From an uncultured Gammaproteobacteria bacterium (GTDB lineage Bacteria; Patescibacteriota; Patescibacteriia; UBA11705; JABHMO01): a stretch of DNA of 64,000 nucleotides. Of this stretch, positions 36,691 through 45,223 are shown piece after piece. Under the pieces are notes generated by a model, which worked only from the letters and a program-made list of their open reading frames with translations, was not told the DNA's origin and did no database searches. The DNA is taken from NCBI GenBank assembly GCA_964590105.1, contig CAZPYM010000001.1, positions 1,022 to 65,021 of the forward strand. Direction: 5' to 3'. A program made the translations under genes and the position numbers. Positions within the stretch are counted from its first letter, which is position 1. Each line of letters opens with the position of its first letter.

Positions 36691-37293
36691 ATGGAACAGA
36701 AAAACAATGTGTGGATAATCGCTCTCACCATCATCGTCACTACAGTTGTGGTCGGTGGTGGAGTTTACCTGTGGCAACAAAACAAGGTTGTTCAGAAAGT
36801 AGTTATAGAGGTAGCAACTGATACAGCTGCGAACAAAGGGGAGCCAAAAGAACCTCTCACTTATTCAACAAGTGGCGTTTCCGTTTCTGTTTCCAAAGAG
36901 ACGGCACCATTTGGTTTCACCGCTGACCAGTTGGTATCAAGGGCGGAAGAGTGCGGCAACGAACAGACGGTAAGTTATTTTAATAGCATAGTTTCAAAAT
37001 TTAGCGGTGCAACTAGAAGCGTGTACAATTTTAAATACACTGGAGCAAGTCAAGGATCTGACACTTTTGTCGTAACACTTTTGCCAAACAAAACGGGTTA
37101 CTCCTCTCTTGATGAGTTCAAAAAAGATTTTGATCAGTGTTACGCCGGTGGAGACGCTTATCCTAAAATGCTCAATGATGATTGGATCCTTTTTGTCAAT
37201 TCCTGCGGAACTGGTTTTAGTGATGGCTCGGGTAACCCAATTGGATGCCAGGAAGTCCGAGATGTGATTGAACCAACATTAAAGCTCAACTAA
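36691..37293 (+). CDS. hypothetical membrane-anchored secreted protein
   Basis: Start set at the internal ATG (MEQKNNVWIIALTIIVTTVVVGGGVYLW), downstream of the inverted repeat. One TM, then a roughly 170-aa extracytoplasmic domain. Confidence 0.5.
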   Translation: MEQKNNVWIIALTIIVTTVVVGGGVYLWQQNKVVQKVVIEVATDTAANKGEPKEPLTYSTSGVSVSVSKETAPFGFTADQLVSRAEECGNEQTVSYFNSIVSKFSGATRSVYNFKYTGASQGSDTFVVTLLPNKTGYSSLDEFKKDFDQCYAGGDAYPKMLNDDWILFVNSCGTGFSDGSGNPIGCQEVRDVIEPTLKLN

Positions 37294-37462
37294 AGATAAG
37301 GAACAAGGTTTAGCTGTTCAATTTGATTTATTAAAAGCTTAATTACAGTTATTGTCGCGCAATTTAGAGTGCTAGCCGGTGTTGCCGGATTATGTTTTGG
37401 AAATGGAAAATCGTGGAGAATCTATTTGGCAAGCTAAGGAAAAGATTTATTAACGCAAAAAT

Positions 37463-38122
37463 ATGAAAAAAATATTATATTTATCAATAGCCGTTTTTAT
37501 AACTGTTTTTATGGTCGGGTGCAGTCTACTGCCATCTTCAAAAAATATTGATGTTCCTTTTACATCCCAGGCGCCAGCCGGCAATTGGTCTGAACCGTGG
37601 AAAAACGCGTGTGAAGAAACTTCAATTTATATGGTTAGTAGTTTTTATGCTGATGATACAATCAAACGCGCCGAGGCTATTGAGAGGATTAAAGAAATAA
37701 TCGCCGCAAAAAATGCCGAATTTCAAATAAGTAAGGACGAGTCTTTACAAAAAATTTCAGAATTAATTATGTTGTTGGGGCTTCCTTGGGAAACAGAGAT
37801 AATAGAGAATCCTCCCATTGAAGATGTAAAAATACAGCTAGCTAATAATCAACCAATTATTGCCCCGGTTTTTGCGCCAGCTTTGGGCATTGCTGAAGAT
37901 GGTCCTGATTATCATGTTATGGTAATAACTGGGTATGATGACGCGACTAATGAATTTATTGTAAATGATCCAGCTCTAAAAAATGGTAAAGGAATCCGTT
38001 TTAAATATGATATCTTTATGAAAGCGATTCATGATTTAAACCAAACAAATTATAAGGCTGGTAAAAAAGCTTTGCTTTTTACTAAACTAAAAACAGGAAC
38101 CGATTGGTTCAATCTAAATTAA
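37463..38122 (+). CDS. lipoprotein with papain-like (peptidase C39-like) domain
   Basis: Lipobox (FMVGCSLL). Candidate catalytic Cys in 'WKNACEETSIYMV' and His in 'DYHVMVITGYDD', arranged like C39_2-type peptidases. Confidence 0.5.
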   Translation: MKKILYLSIAVFITVFMVGCSLLPSSKNIDVPFTSQAPAGNWSEPWKNACEETSIYMVSSFYADDTIKRAEAIERIKEIIAAKNAEFQISKDESLQKISELIMLLGLPWETEIIENPPIEDVKIQLANNQPIIAPVFAPALGIAEDGPDYHVMVITGYDDATNEFIVNDPALKNGKGIRFKYDIFMKAIHDLNQTNYKAGKKALLFTKLKTGTDWFNLN

Positions 38123-38138
38123 TTAAAATTTACGTCTT

Positions 38139-39044
38139 ATGAAAAAGTTTATTACATTGGTAGTTCTGTCGTTTGGAATTGTCTTTCTCGTCGGTTGTAG
38201 TCAACAGCCAATTACGCCAGTTCAACCAATTGAACCGGCCACTTCAATTCCAGTCGTCGTAGCGCCACCGTCAACCCTGCCCAATCAAGATATTAACTAC
38301 GAAAATCAAACTTTTGGTTTTACTTTAACTTTTCCGCAAACATGGGAGGGGTTTAATACTTCTGAACTGACATATGATAGTTACAGTAGTGTTTGTTTTA
38401 GCTTCAAAAAACCACAGCCGTTTTGTATATTTCAAATAACCAAATTTACCAAAAATCAGTGGGAGCAAGTAAAGTTTAAAGATACGAAAAATATCTTGTC
38501 GGAAACTGCTGATTTGGTTACTATTTGTGATGGATGTTGCGAACAGGGCGGTGATACAACTGGCGGCGGACAATTTGATCAATTCCAAATTGAAAGATGT
38601 AAGGAAGTGCCAAATATTATAAAAACCTATACTCAAATTGCCCAGGTTACAAACAAAATTAATGTCTTTGTGTCATTTCCCAATAATCAACTTTACCCAA
38701 ACATGTTGGATTGCGCGAAAGTCTTTGGAACCCCCCGAACAATTGATGAAACATTGGCAGTCGGTAGAGCCGCCCTTGAAGAGTTGTTTAAAGGGCCAAC
38801 GGCGCAAGAAACAAAAGATGGGTATTTTACCAATATACCCGCGGGCGTTAAAATTCAAAAATTAACCATAGAAAATGGTTTGGCAGAAGTTGACTTGAGC
38901 AATGAACTTCAACAGGGAGTCGGCGGATCATGCCGCGTTGACTCCATCCGAGCAGAGATTACAGAAACGCTTAAACAATTTCCAACCGTGCAATCTGTTA
39001 CCATCTCTATTAATGGCAAAACTGAAGATATTTTGCAGCCTTAA
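38139..39044 (+). CDS. lipoprotein with C-terminal GerMN domain
   Basis: Lipobox (FLVGCSQQ). The C-terminal 'AALEELFKGPTAQETKDGYFTNIPAGVKIQKLTIENGLAEVDLSNEL' resembles a GerMN (sporulation/germination) domain. Confidence 0.6.
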   Translation: MKKFITLVVLSFGIVFLVGCSQQPITPVQPIEPATSIPVVVAPPSTLPNQDINYENQTFGFTLTFPQTWEGFNTSELTYDSYSSVCFSFKKPQPFCIFQITKFTKNQWEQVKFKDTKNILSETADLVTICDGCCEQGGDTTGGGQFDQFQIERCKEVPNIIKTYTQIAQVTNKINVFVSFPNNQLYPNMLDCAKVFGTPRTIDETLAVGRAALEELFKGPTAQETKDGYFTNIPAGVKIQKLTIENGLAEVDLSNELQQGVGGSCRVDSIRAEITETLKQFPTVQSVTISINGKTEDILQP

Positions 39045-39235
39045 TATTTTTGCGTCAGATTTCAAAATCCACGTTTGGATGATGTGGGTTTTTGAAATTA
39101 TTTGTTTCCACCTATAAAAATGGACCGCTATATACATCGCAAGCATTCCTAACAAAAATTCAGAGGATGATAATTTCGTGCCACGCAGTCTATCCGCGTC
39201 GCCCACAAACCATAATTGGAAAAAATTGGGGGTGG

Positions 39236-39376
39236 CGCTCGAAATTCAAAAACGCAAAGAAAATGTTTTTGCTTGGCATGCGAGCTTTGTGAGCGACGGC
39301 GGGGCTGGCTTTTTTGGTCTAGTTTCGCTCAGCTGTTTTTGATAAAATGAGTTCGAGCCAAGCTGTAAAGACACAC
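39236..39376. repeat. right copy of ~130-bp inverted repeat pair
   Basis: See 36516-36642. Together the two copies bracket three secreted-protein or lipoprotein genes. Confidence 0.8.
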
Positions 39377-39502
39377 TAGGAACCACTTGTCCCTTCGGGG
39401 CGCGGGTTCATGCTTGGCCTATATTTGAACAAAGTGAGTAGCTAGACTTGAGTAAAAGAAAAACTGACAATAGGCAGTTTTTTTTGATTAGCGCGAAGAA
39501 TA

Positions 39503-41584
39503 ATGGTAAAATATAATGGTTATAAAGATAATATGGATCTGCAAACGCCGATCAGCGAACTCACGCGCGTGGGCAAAACTACGGCCGCGCGTTTGAAAAA
39601 TCTTGGCATGCAAACAATTCAGGATCTAATTTTTTATTTTCCGTTCCGTTATGAAGATTTTAGTTTAATTAAAGATATCAATGAGCTGATTCCAAATGAG
39701 CCGGTGACAGTCAGGGGTAAAGTGCAATTAATCGCCAACCGAAGAAGTTTTCGTAAAAGAAAAATTGTTACAGAGGCTTTGGTTACTGACGAAACCGGCA
39801 GTGTCAAGGTGATCTGGTTTAATCAGCCATTTATTTCGAAAATAATTAAAGTCGGAGATGAGGTTTTTTTGTCTGGAAAATTGGATGAAGAGCGCTTGCA
39901 GTTTGTCAGTCCTGAATATGAAAAAGCAAAAGCCAATTCTTTGACTGTGCATACGGCCAGATTGGTCCCGATTTATCATTTGACGCAGGGAGTAACGCAA
40001 AAGCAGTTGCGTTTTCTGATCAGCCAAACCGATAAAGTGATTTTGCAAATTGAAGATTATCTGCCCGAAGAAATTATCAGCAAATATAAGTTTTTGCGGC
40101 TAAATAAAGCTTTGTTTAATATTCATTTTCCTTCAGGTAAGCAAAACGCAGAAGCAGCCAGAAAGAGATTGCAATTTGACGAACTTTTCTTGATCCAATT
40201 GGGGATTCAAAAATTAAAAAAAGAACTTCAGCAAAACAAATCGTCAAAAATAAAATTTCTGGAAAAGCAGACAAAAGATTTTGTGGCAGATCTTCCGTTT
40301 AAGCTAACCAATGCCCAAAAAAAATGTTCATGGGAAATAATTCGGGATCTGGAGAAAGCCAGGCCTATGAACCGTTTGTTGGAGGGCGATGTCGGGTCAG
40401 GCAAAACAGTAGTCGTGGCGCTGGCTATTCTGAATGCAGTCCTCAATGGCTACAAAGTTGTAATGATGGCGCCAACGGAAATTTTAGCGATTCAGCATTA
40501 TCAAACATTACAAAAATTATTCGCAAAACAAAAATTTTCCATTGCTTTATTCACCGGGAGTAGGCAGGAGGTTAACGGAGAAAAGGCAGGAAAAAAACTT
40601 CTTTTGCAAAAGCTTGCACTTGGTGAATTTGATATTGTTATTGGAACACAGGCCTTAATCCAGGAAAACGTCAAAATAAAAGATTTAGGGCTAGTGGTAG
40701 TGGACGAACAGCACCGGTTTGGCGTCAGCCAGCGGAAATCATTGGTTCAACGCGGGAAAAAGGATTATCTGCCGCACTTTCTTTCTCTGACCGCCACGCC
40801 AATTCCGCGCACTTTAGTTCTAACTTTGTACGGCGACCTGGATTTGTCAATAATCAATGAAATGCCGCCGGGCCGCAAACCAGTAATCACCCGCGTTGTT
40901 TATGAACAGCAGAGGTTGCAGACCTATGAATTTATCCGCCAGCAGGTGCGGTCAGGTCGGCAGGTATTTGTAATTTGTCCTTTAATTGATCCTTCCGACA
41001 GCATGGGGGTAAAATCAGTAAAACAAGAATTTGAAAGGTTGGACAAGCAGGTTTTTCCGGATTTAAAAATTAGCTTAATGCACGGACGGTTAAAACCAAA
41101 AGAAAAAGAACAGGCAATGAAGGAGTTCAATGAGGGAAAATCAAATATTTTGGTGTCCACTTCAGTGATTGAAGTCGGGATTGACATACCGAACGCCGTG
41201 ATTATGATGATCGAAGGCGCGGACAGATTTGGCCTGGCTCAATTGCATCAATTTCGCGGACGGGTCGGTCGGGGAGAGCATCAATCTTATTGTTTTGTTT
41301 TCAGCGAGAGTAATTCACCGGTAACAAAAAGGCGCCTGAAATATTTTGAAGAATGTTCTGATGGTTTCAAGCTGGCGGAAAAAGATCTTGAATTGCGAGG
41401 TTCTGGTGAAGTGTACGGCACCAGACAATCCGGCTTGCCAGATTTGAAAATTGCCAGCCTGACTGATGTGGCGCTGATTCAGGTCGCTCAGACCGAGGCG
41501 CTGGCGCTTGTTGAACAGGATAAAATCAGCGTTGCGTTGGAAAAGGTTTTAGCTAAACAAAATTTAAGTTTGCATTTTGAATAA
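39503..41584 (+). CDS. recG: ATP-dependent DNA helicase RecG
   Basis: 693 aa. Wedge/OB N-terminus, helicase motifs 'EGDVGSGKT', 'VVVDEQHRFG', 'QLHQFRGRVGRG'. Confidence 0.9.
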   Translation: MVKYNGYKDNMDLQTPISELTRVGKTTAARLKNLGMQTIQDLIFYFPFRYEDFSLIKDINELIPNEPVTVRGKVQLIANRRSFRKRKIVTEALVTDETGSVKVIWFNQPFISKIIKVGDEVFLSGKLDEERLQFVSPEYEKAKANSLTVHTARLVPIYHLTQGVTQKQLRFLISQTDKVILQIEDYLPEEIISKYKFLRLNKALFNIHFPSGKQNAEAARKRLQFDELFLIQLGIQKLKKELQQNKSSKIKFLEKQTKDFVADLPFKLTNAQKKCSWEIIRDLEKARPMNRLLEGDVGSGKTVVVALAILNAVLNGYKVVMMAPTEILAIQHYQTLQKLFAKQKFSIALFTGSRQEVNGEKAGKKLLLQKLALGEFDIVIGTQALIQENVKIKDLGLVVVDEQHRFGVSQRKSLVQRGKKDYLPHFLSLTATPIPRTLVLTLYGDLDLSIINEMPPGRKPVITRVVYEQQRLQTYEFIRQQVRSGRQVFVICPLIDPSDSMGVKSVKQEFERLDKQVFPDLKISLMHGRLKPKEKEQAMKEFNEGKSNILVSTSVIEVGIDIPNAVIMMIEGADRFGLAQLHQFRGRVGRGEHQSYCFVFSESNSPVTKRRLKYFEECSDGFKLAEKDLELRGSGEVYGTRQSGLPDLKIASLTDVALIQVAQTEALALVEQDKISVALEKVLAKQNLSLHFE

Positions 41585-41591
41585 AAAAATT

Positions 41592-41617
41592 ACTACCATG
41601 ATACATATCATGGTAGT
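41592..41617 (+). terminator. hairpin terminator candidate after recG
   Basis: Perfect hairpin actaccatgat-acat-atcatggtagt followed by gaggggttttggg. Confidence 0.45.
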
Positions 41618-41641
41618 GAGGGGTTTTGGGACTGAATATTC

Positions 41642-42085
41642 TTGACGCAGTTTTTTTACTGTGATACCATTTTTTCACAGTTCTTTTTTTTAATGCAGGG
41701 AGGGGAAATGCAATCAGGATCGGTCTGGTGTCCGAAATGTAGGATGCAAGTGAAGGAGATTGAACAATCAGTGAATTTTTGTAATCAGAGAGTTCATAAG
41801 GCCTGTCTTTTGAAAGAGGGAGTGAACCTCATCGGCAACATGTTTCATTCCGATAGTGAAATGATTGCCCTGTGTCGCAAAGTAAAAGGGAATTGGACCG
41901 CTTTTGGCCAGCTTGCTCTCGAGGCATATCGTCGAGTTTGCTGGGACGCCGAGGTCTTCCCGGAGAGCCGGCAATTTGTATTTGACATCCTGCGTCAATG
42001 CTTTTGTCAGATTCTGGAAGGAGCTTTTGACGAATCAGACGAAGTTATCCCCATGACAGTCAAAGCAGGATCAGAACAAAATTAA
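41642..42085 (+). CDS. hypothetical Cys-rich protein
   Basis: 147 aa containing 'CPKCRMQV' and several other Cys. The start is uncertain. Confidence 0.35.
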   Translation: MTQFFYCDTIFSQFFFLMQGGEMQSGSVWCPKCRMQVKEIEQSVNFCNQRVHKACLLKEGVNLIGNMFHSDSEMIALCRKVKGNWTAFGQLALEAYRRVCWDAEVFPESRQFVFDILRQCFCQILEGAFDESDEVIPMTVKAGSEQN

Positions 42086-42100
42086 TCCTAAAAAACTAAA

Positions 42101-42130
42101 ACTGACCGCCCTCGAGCGATCAGTTTTTTC
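42101..42130. terminator. bidirectional rho-independent terminator
   Basis: actgaccgcc-ctcgag-cgatcagt hairpin followed by tttttt. It lies between convergent genes 41642-42085 (+) and radA (-). Confidence 0.6.
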
Positions 42131-42151
42131 TTTTTCCCATTATTGGCGGAA

Positions 42152-43495
42152 TTATTTAATCAGTTCTTTGATGTTTTTTGCTTTGGTAATTTTTATTTTA
42201 TAATTTTTTGATAATTTGACATCTGGAATAATGATTTGCTGGAAGCCCAGTTTTTCCGCTTCAGAAATTCTTTTTTCTATATTAGAAACTGGTCTTATTT
42301 CTCCGCCAAGTCCGAGTTCTCCGAGAGCCAGTGTATCTTTTGGAATAATATAATTTTTCAACGCCGAGCTGATTGCAAGCGCAACTGCCAGATCAACGGC
42401 CGGTTCTGTTATTTTGAATCCACCAACAATATTCAGATGAATGTCTTGATTATTGAGATTCAAATTTGCCCGTTTGAACAAGACTGCGGCGATCATTTGT
42501 AGTCTATTTAAATCATAGCCTGATGTTTTGCGTTGCGGATAGCCGAAGATAGTCGGCGTAACTAGAGCCTGAACTTCAACCAAAAAAGCGCGCGTGCCCT
42601 CCATAAAACAACTGATTACCGAGCCGGCAATATTTTGGTTTGAATCGGATAAAAATGCTTTAGTCGGATCTTTTACTTCAATTAATCCGGCGCTAGTCAT
42701 TTCCAAAACCCCGATTTCATTGGTGGAGCCAAATCTGTTTTTGGTACTCCGTAGAATTCTGTAACCGTGGAACTTGTCTCCTTCGAGATACAAAACAACA
42801 TCAACCAAGTGTTCCAGCGTTTTTGGCCCGGCTACCGAACCGTCTTTAGTCACATGTCCGGTAATAATAACCGGCACATGGGTGGTTTTTGCCGCTTCAA
42901 GGAGCTTTACTGTGCAGGCACGGATTTGCGAAACATTGCCGGCTTCTGATTCAACATCACTCGAATAAATTGTTTGAATGGAATCGATAACAGCAATCCG
43001 TGGTTTTAATTGATGAATGGCCGCAGAAATTTGCTCAACATTTGTTTCGGAAAGGAATTTTAGTTTGTCGGCCTTGTAATTTAGCCGATCCATTCTGAGT
43101 TTAATTTGTTGGGCGGATTCTTCGCCGGAAATATAAAGAAGATGCTCTCCTGCCCCTTCCAATTGTTTTAGAATTTGCAGGACAAGCGTTGATTTGCCAA
43201 TACCGGGTTCGCCGCCAATCAGTATTATGCTTCCTCTGACTATCCCGCCACCAAAGATTTGATCTATTTCATTTAGGCCGAGTTTTATACGTTCAAAATT
43301 TTTTGATGATATCTGATTAAAATCCACTAACTTTTTATTATCAAAGGCGATTGTTTTACTTACTTTTACCTTTTCACTTTGACCATGTGACTCTTCAACT
43401 GTTCCCCATGCTCCACAACTCAAACAACGCCCAGACCATTTTGGAAACTGGGCGTCGCATTTGGAGCAAAAATAAATTATTTTCTGGCTTGTCAT
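42152..43495 (-). CDS. radA: DNA repair protein RadA/Sms
   Basis: N-terminal C4 zinc finger (CSKCDAQFPKWSGRCLSCGAW), Walker A 'GGEPGIGKSTL', KNRFG motif, Lon-like C-terminus. Confidence 0.92.
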   Translation of the reverse strand: MTSQKIIYFCSKCDAQFPKWSGRCLSCGAWGTVEESHGQSEKVKVSKTIAFDNKKLVDFNQISSKNFERIKLGLNEIDQIFGGGIVRGSIILIGGEPGIGKSTLVLQILKQLEGAGEHLLYISGEESAQQIKLRMDRLNYKADKLKFLSETNVEQISAAIHQLKPRIAVIDSIQTIYSSDVESEAGNVSQIRACTVKLLEAAKTTHVPVIITGHVTKDGSVAGPKTLEHLVDVVLYLEGDKFHGYRILRSTKNRFGSTNEIGVLEMTSAGLIEVKDPTKAFLSDSNQNIAGSVISCFMEGTRAFLVEVQALVTPTIFGYPQRKTSGYDLNRLQMIAAVLFKRANLNLNNQDIHLNIVGGFKITEPAVDLAVALAISSALKNYIIPKDTLALGELGLGGEIRPVSNIEKRISEAEKLGFQQIIIPDVKLSKNYKIKITKAKNIKELIK

Positions 43496-43517
43496 GAATC
43501 GACTTTAACACCATTTA

Positions 43518-45122
43518 TTATGGCATGCAAACATGTTGCATTAAATCACAGATTGGCCCGATTGGAGCATTTATACAATCATCATCATCTTCGCAACTGC
43601 CGGGAGTAAGTTCGCATTTGCCTGATTGGCAGGTTTCCCAAGCTTGGCAGGCGGGAGTACATGTAAGGCTTTGTCCAGCAGGGTCATAACATTTATGGTT
43701 AATAACATCGCAAGTGCTTTTTGCGGGATCGACAAGACAATCTCCATCATTATTGCACGCGCCAGTTTTTGGATAGCAGCTACCCTCGTCACATATTTCC
43801 CAGCTAGCACAGACTGGCACACAAGGAATATAAAGTTTTCCGCATTTACCAGGAGTCCATGTGCTGCCGGAGGCGCCACCTTTGGTAGTCATGTTTTTGT
43901 ATTGATCTCGATTGGCTGTAAATACAGAGCACCAGTCTTCTGTGATTGTTTCTTTAAGTTTGTCAGTTTTTCCAGTTGTGGCGTTTTTTGCGGTGGCAGT
44001 GCAACAACCTTGAGGCGCTGGGGTTTCTGTAGGTGAAGGATAGAATACCACACCCCAAGTTGGACCGATTGCTAGTTTTGTCCAAGCTTGGTTATAGCCA
44101 CACCCATCAGATTTGAAGTGACCGGAGGCTGGACCTTCGCCGATTATCAATGAGCAAAAGTTGCAGCCATTTGGATCTGCCATGGCATCGTCGACTTTTT
44201 TTTGACAGCCTTTAAATCGACTATAACCTTCTGCACCGGATTGAAATTCCATTCCATCGCCCAGTGATACGCCCACATGACCGAATTTCCAAAGTAGTCC
44301 GACGGGCAGGTTGTTTTTATTTGCCGATGTAACTACTTCCGTAATCCACCCTTTATTTTCTGCATTTTTCCCAGATTGTTGAGCGCTACCATTATAGGGT
44401 AGGTCGCAACCGATATATTTGAGAAACTTGGTGGCGGTGTATGCGCAATGACAAGGCCCCATGCAGATATTTAAGTCATGTAATTTTTGCGCTGCATCTT
44501 GAGCTGCTTTTTTTGAACAAGGAGGAAGAGTATTTGGCCCGATTAAATCTTCTATTTCATTTCCCGCGCCGAGTGGAGCTGTCATCGAGGCTGGTGGTTC
44601 TTCTGAAAAATCCTCGACTTGTTTAACTGTTTCAGTGTTTAGGCCACTCAATTTAACTAGATTTGGATTAATAATACTCAAAACTAAGTGCGCGCACATG
44701 AGTACGGCCAGACCGGTAATGGCGCCGAAAATCATTGTATTGGCTTTTTTAACATTTGCCGGTATGCCGCCGGCTGTCAGGTATAATATGCCTCCAATCA
44801 TTAAAATTACAACAGCAAAAATTGATCCTAGCGTAATGCTGTATTTATAAATTGCCACCATATACTCGGCAATCCATGGAATAGAAACAGTTTCTCCCGG
44901 GGTAAATTCATAAGTAGCAAGGCTAGGCATCCCTGGAATAGGAATGTTAATTTTTGGCGCGTCCATTTGTTGCTTGGGGGCGGGTGTTTGGGCAAAACAA
45001 ATCAGGGGCAGTAGAATAAAACTGGCGATTATAAAAACAATGAATAAACGCCCGGGCTTTATTTTTGAGAATGTTTTCATATTTTGTTTTAGCAAAACAG
45101 GAGTTGATTTTTGTCTGCCCAC
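43518..45122 (-). CDS. secreted Cys-rich protein with two-helix hydrophobic module and CHAP-like peptidase domain
   Basis: Signal peptide. Conserved module 'PKINIPIPGMPSLATYEFTPGETVSIPWIAEYMVAIYKYSITLGSIFAVVILMIGGILYLTAGG...TMIFGAITGLAVLMCAHLVLSIINPNLVKLSG'. CHAP-like Cys ('GPCHCAYTATKFL') and His ('KFGHVGVSLGDG'). The C-terminus carries 14 or more Cys in 'C-x4-DC-x5-8-CD' modules. Confidence 0.6.
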   Translation of the reverse strand: MGRQKSTPVLLKQNMKTFSKIKPGRLFIVFIIASFILLPLICFAQTPAPKQQMDAPKINIPIPGMPSLATYEFTPGETVSIPWIAEYMVAIYKYSITLGSIFAVVILMIGGILYLTAGGIPANVKKANTMIFGAITGLAVLMCAHLVLSIINPNLVKLSGLNTETVKQVEDFSEEPPASMTAPLGAGNEIEDLIGPNTLPPCSKKAAQDAAQKLHDLNICMGPCHCAYTATKFLKYIGCDLPYNGSAQQSGKNAENKGWITEVVTSANKNNLPVGLLWKFGHVGVSLGDGMEFQSGAEGYSRFKGCQKKVDDAMADPNGCNFCSLIIGEGPASGHFKSDGCGYNQAWTKLAIGPTWGVVFYPSPTETPAPQGCCTATAKNATTGKTDKLKETITEDWCSVFTANRDQYKNMTTKGGASGSTWTPGKCGKLYIPCVPVCASWEICDEGSCYPKTGACNNDGDCLVDPAKSTCDVINHKCYDPAGQSLTCTPACQAWETCQSGKCELTPGSCEDDDDCINAPIGPICDLMQHVCMP

Positions 45123-45223
45123 CCCTGCGAGATTTAGTCAGAATTATTTTTCTTCTGGCCACCTCACCGTCGAAAATTTGGTTTATTTCCTTAATTCAAT
45201 TTTTGCTCTCCCTTATGTTTTTG

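Noticed and set aside
36375-39376. Integrated prophage/ICE at tRNA-Arg
   Set aside because: No integrase, recombinase or phage structural genes lie between the inverted repeats. Only three secreted or lipoprotein genes are enclosed. It is kept as an 'IR-bracketed module' finding rather than called as a mobile element.
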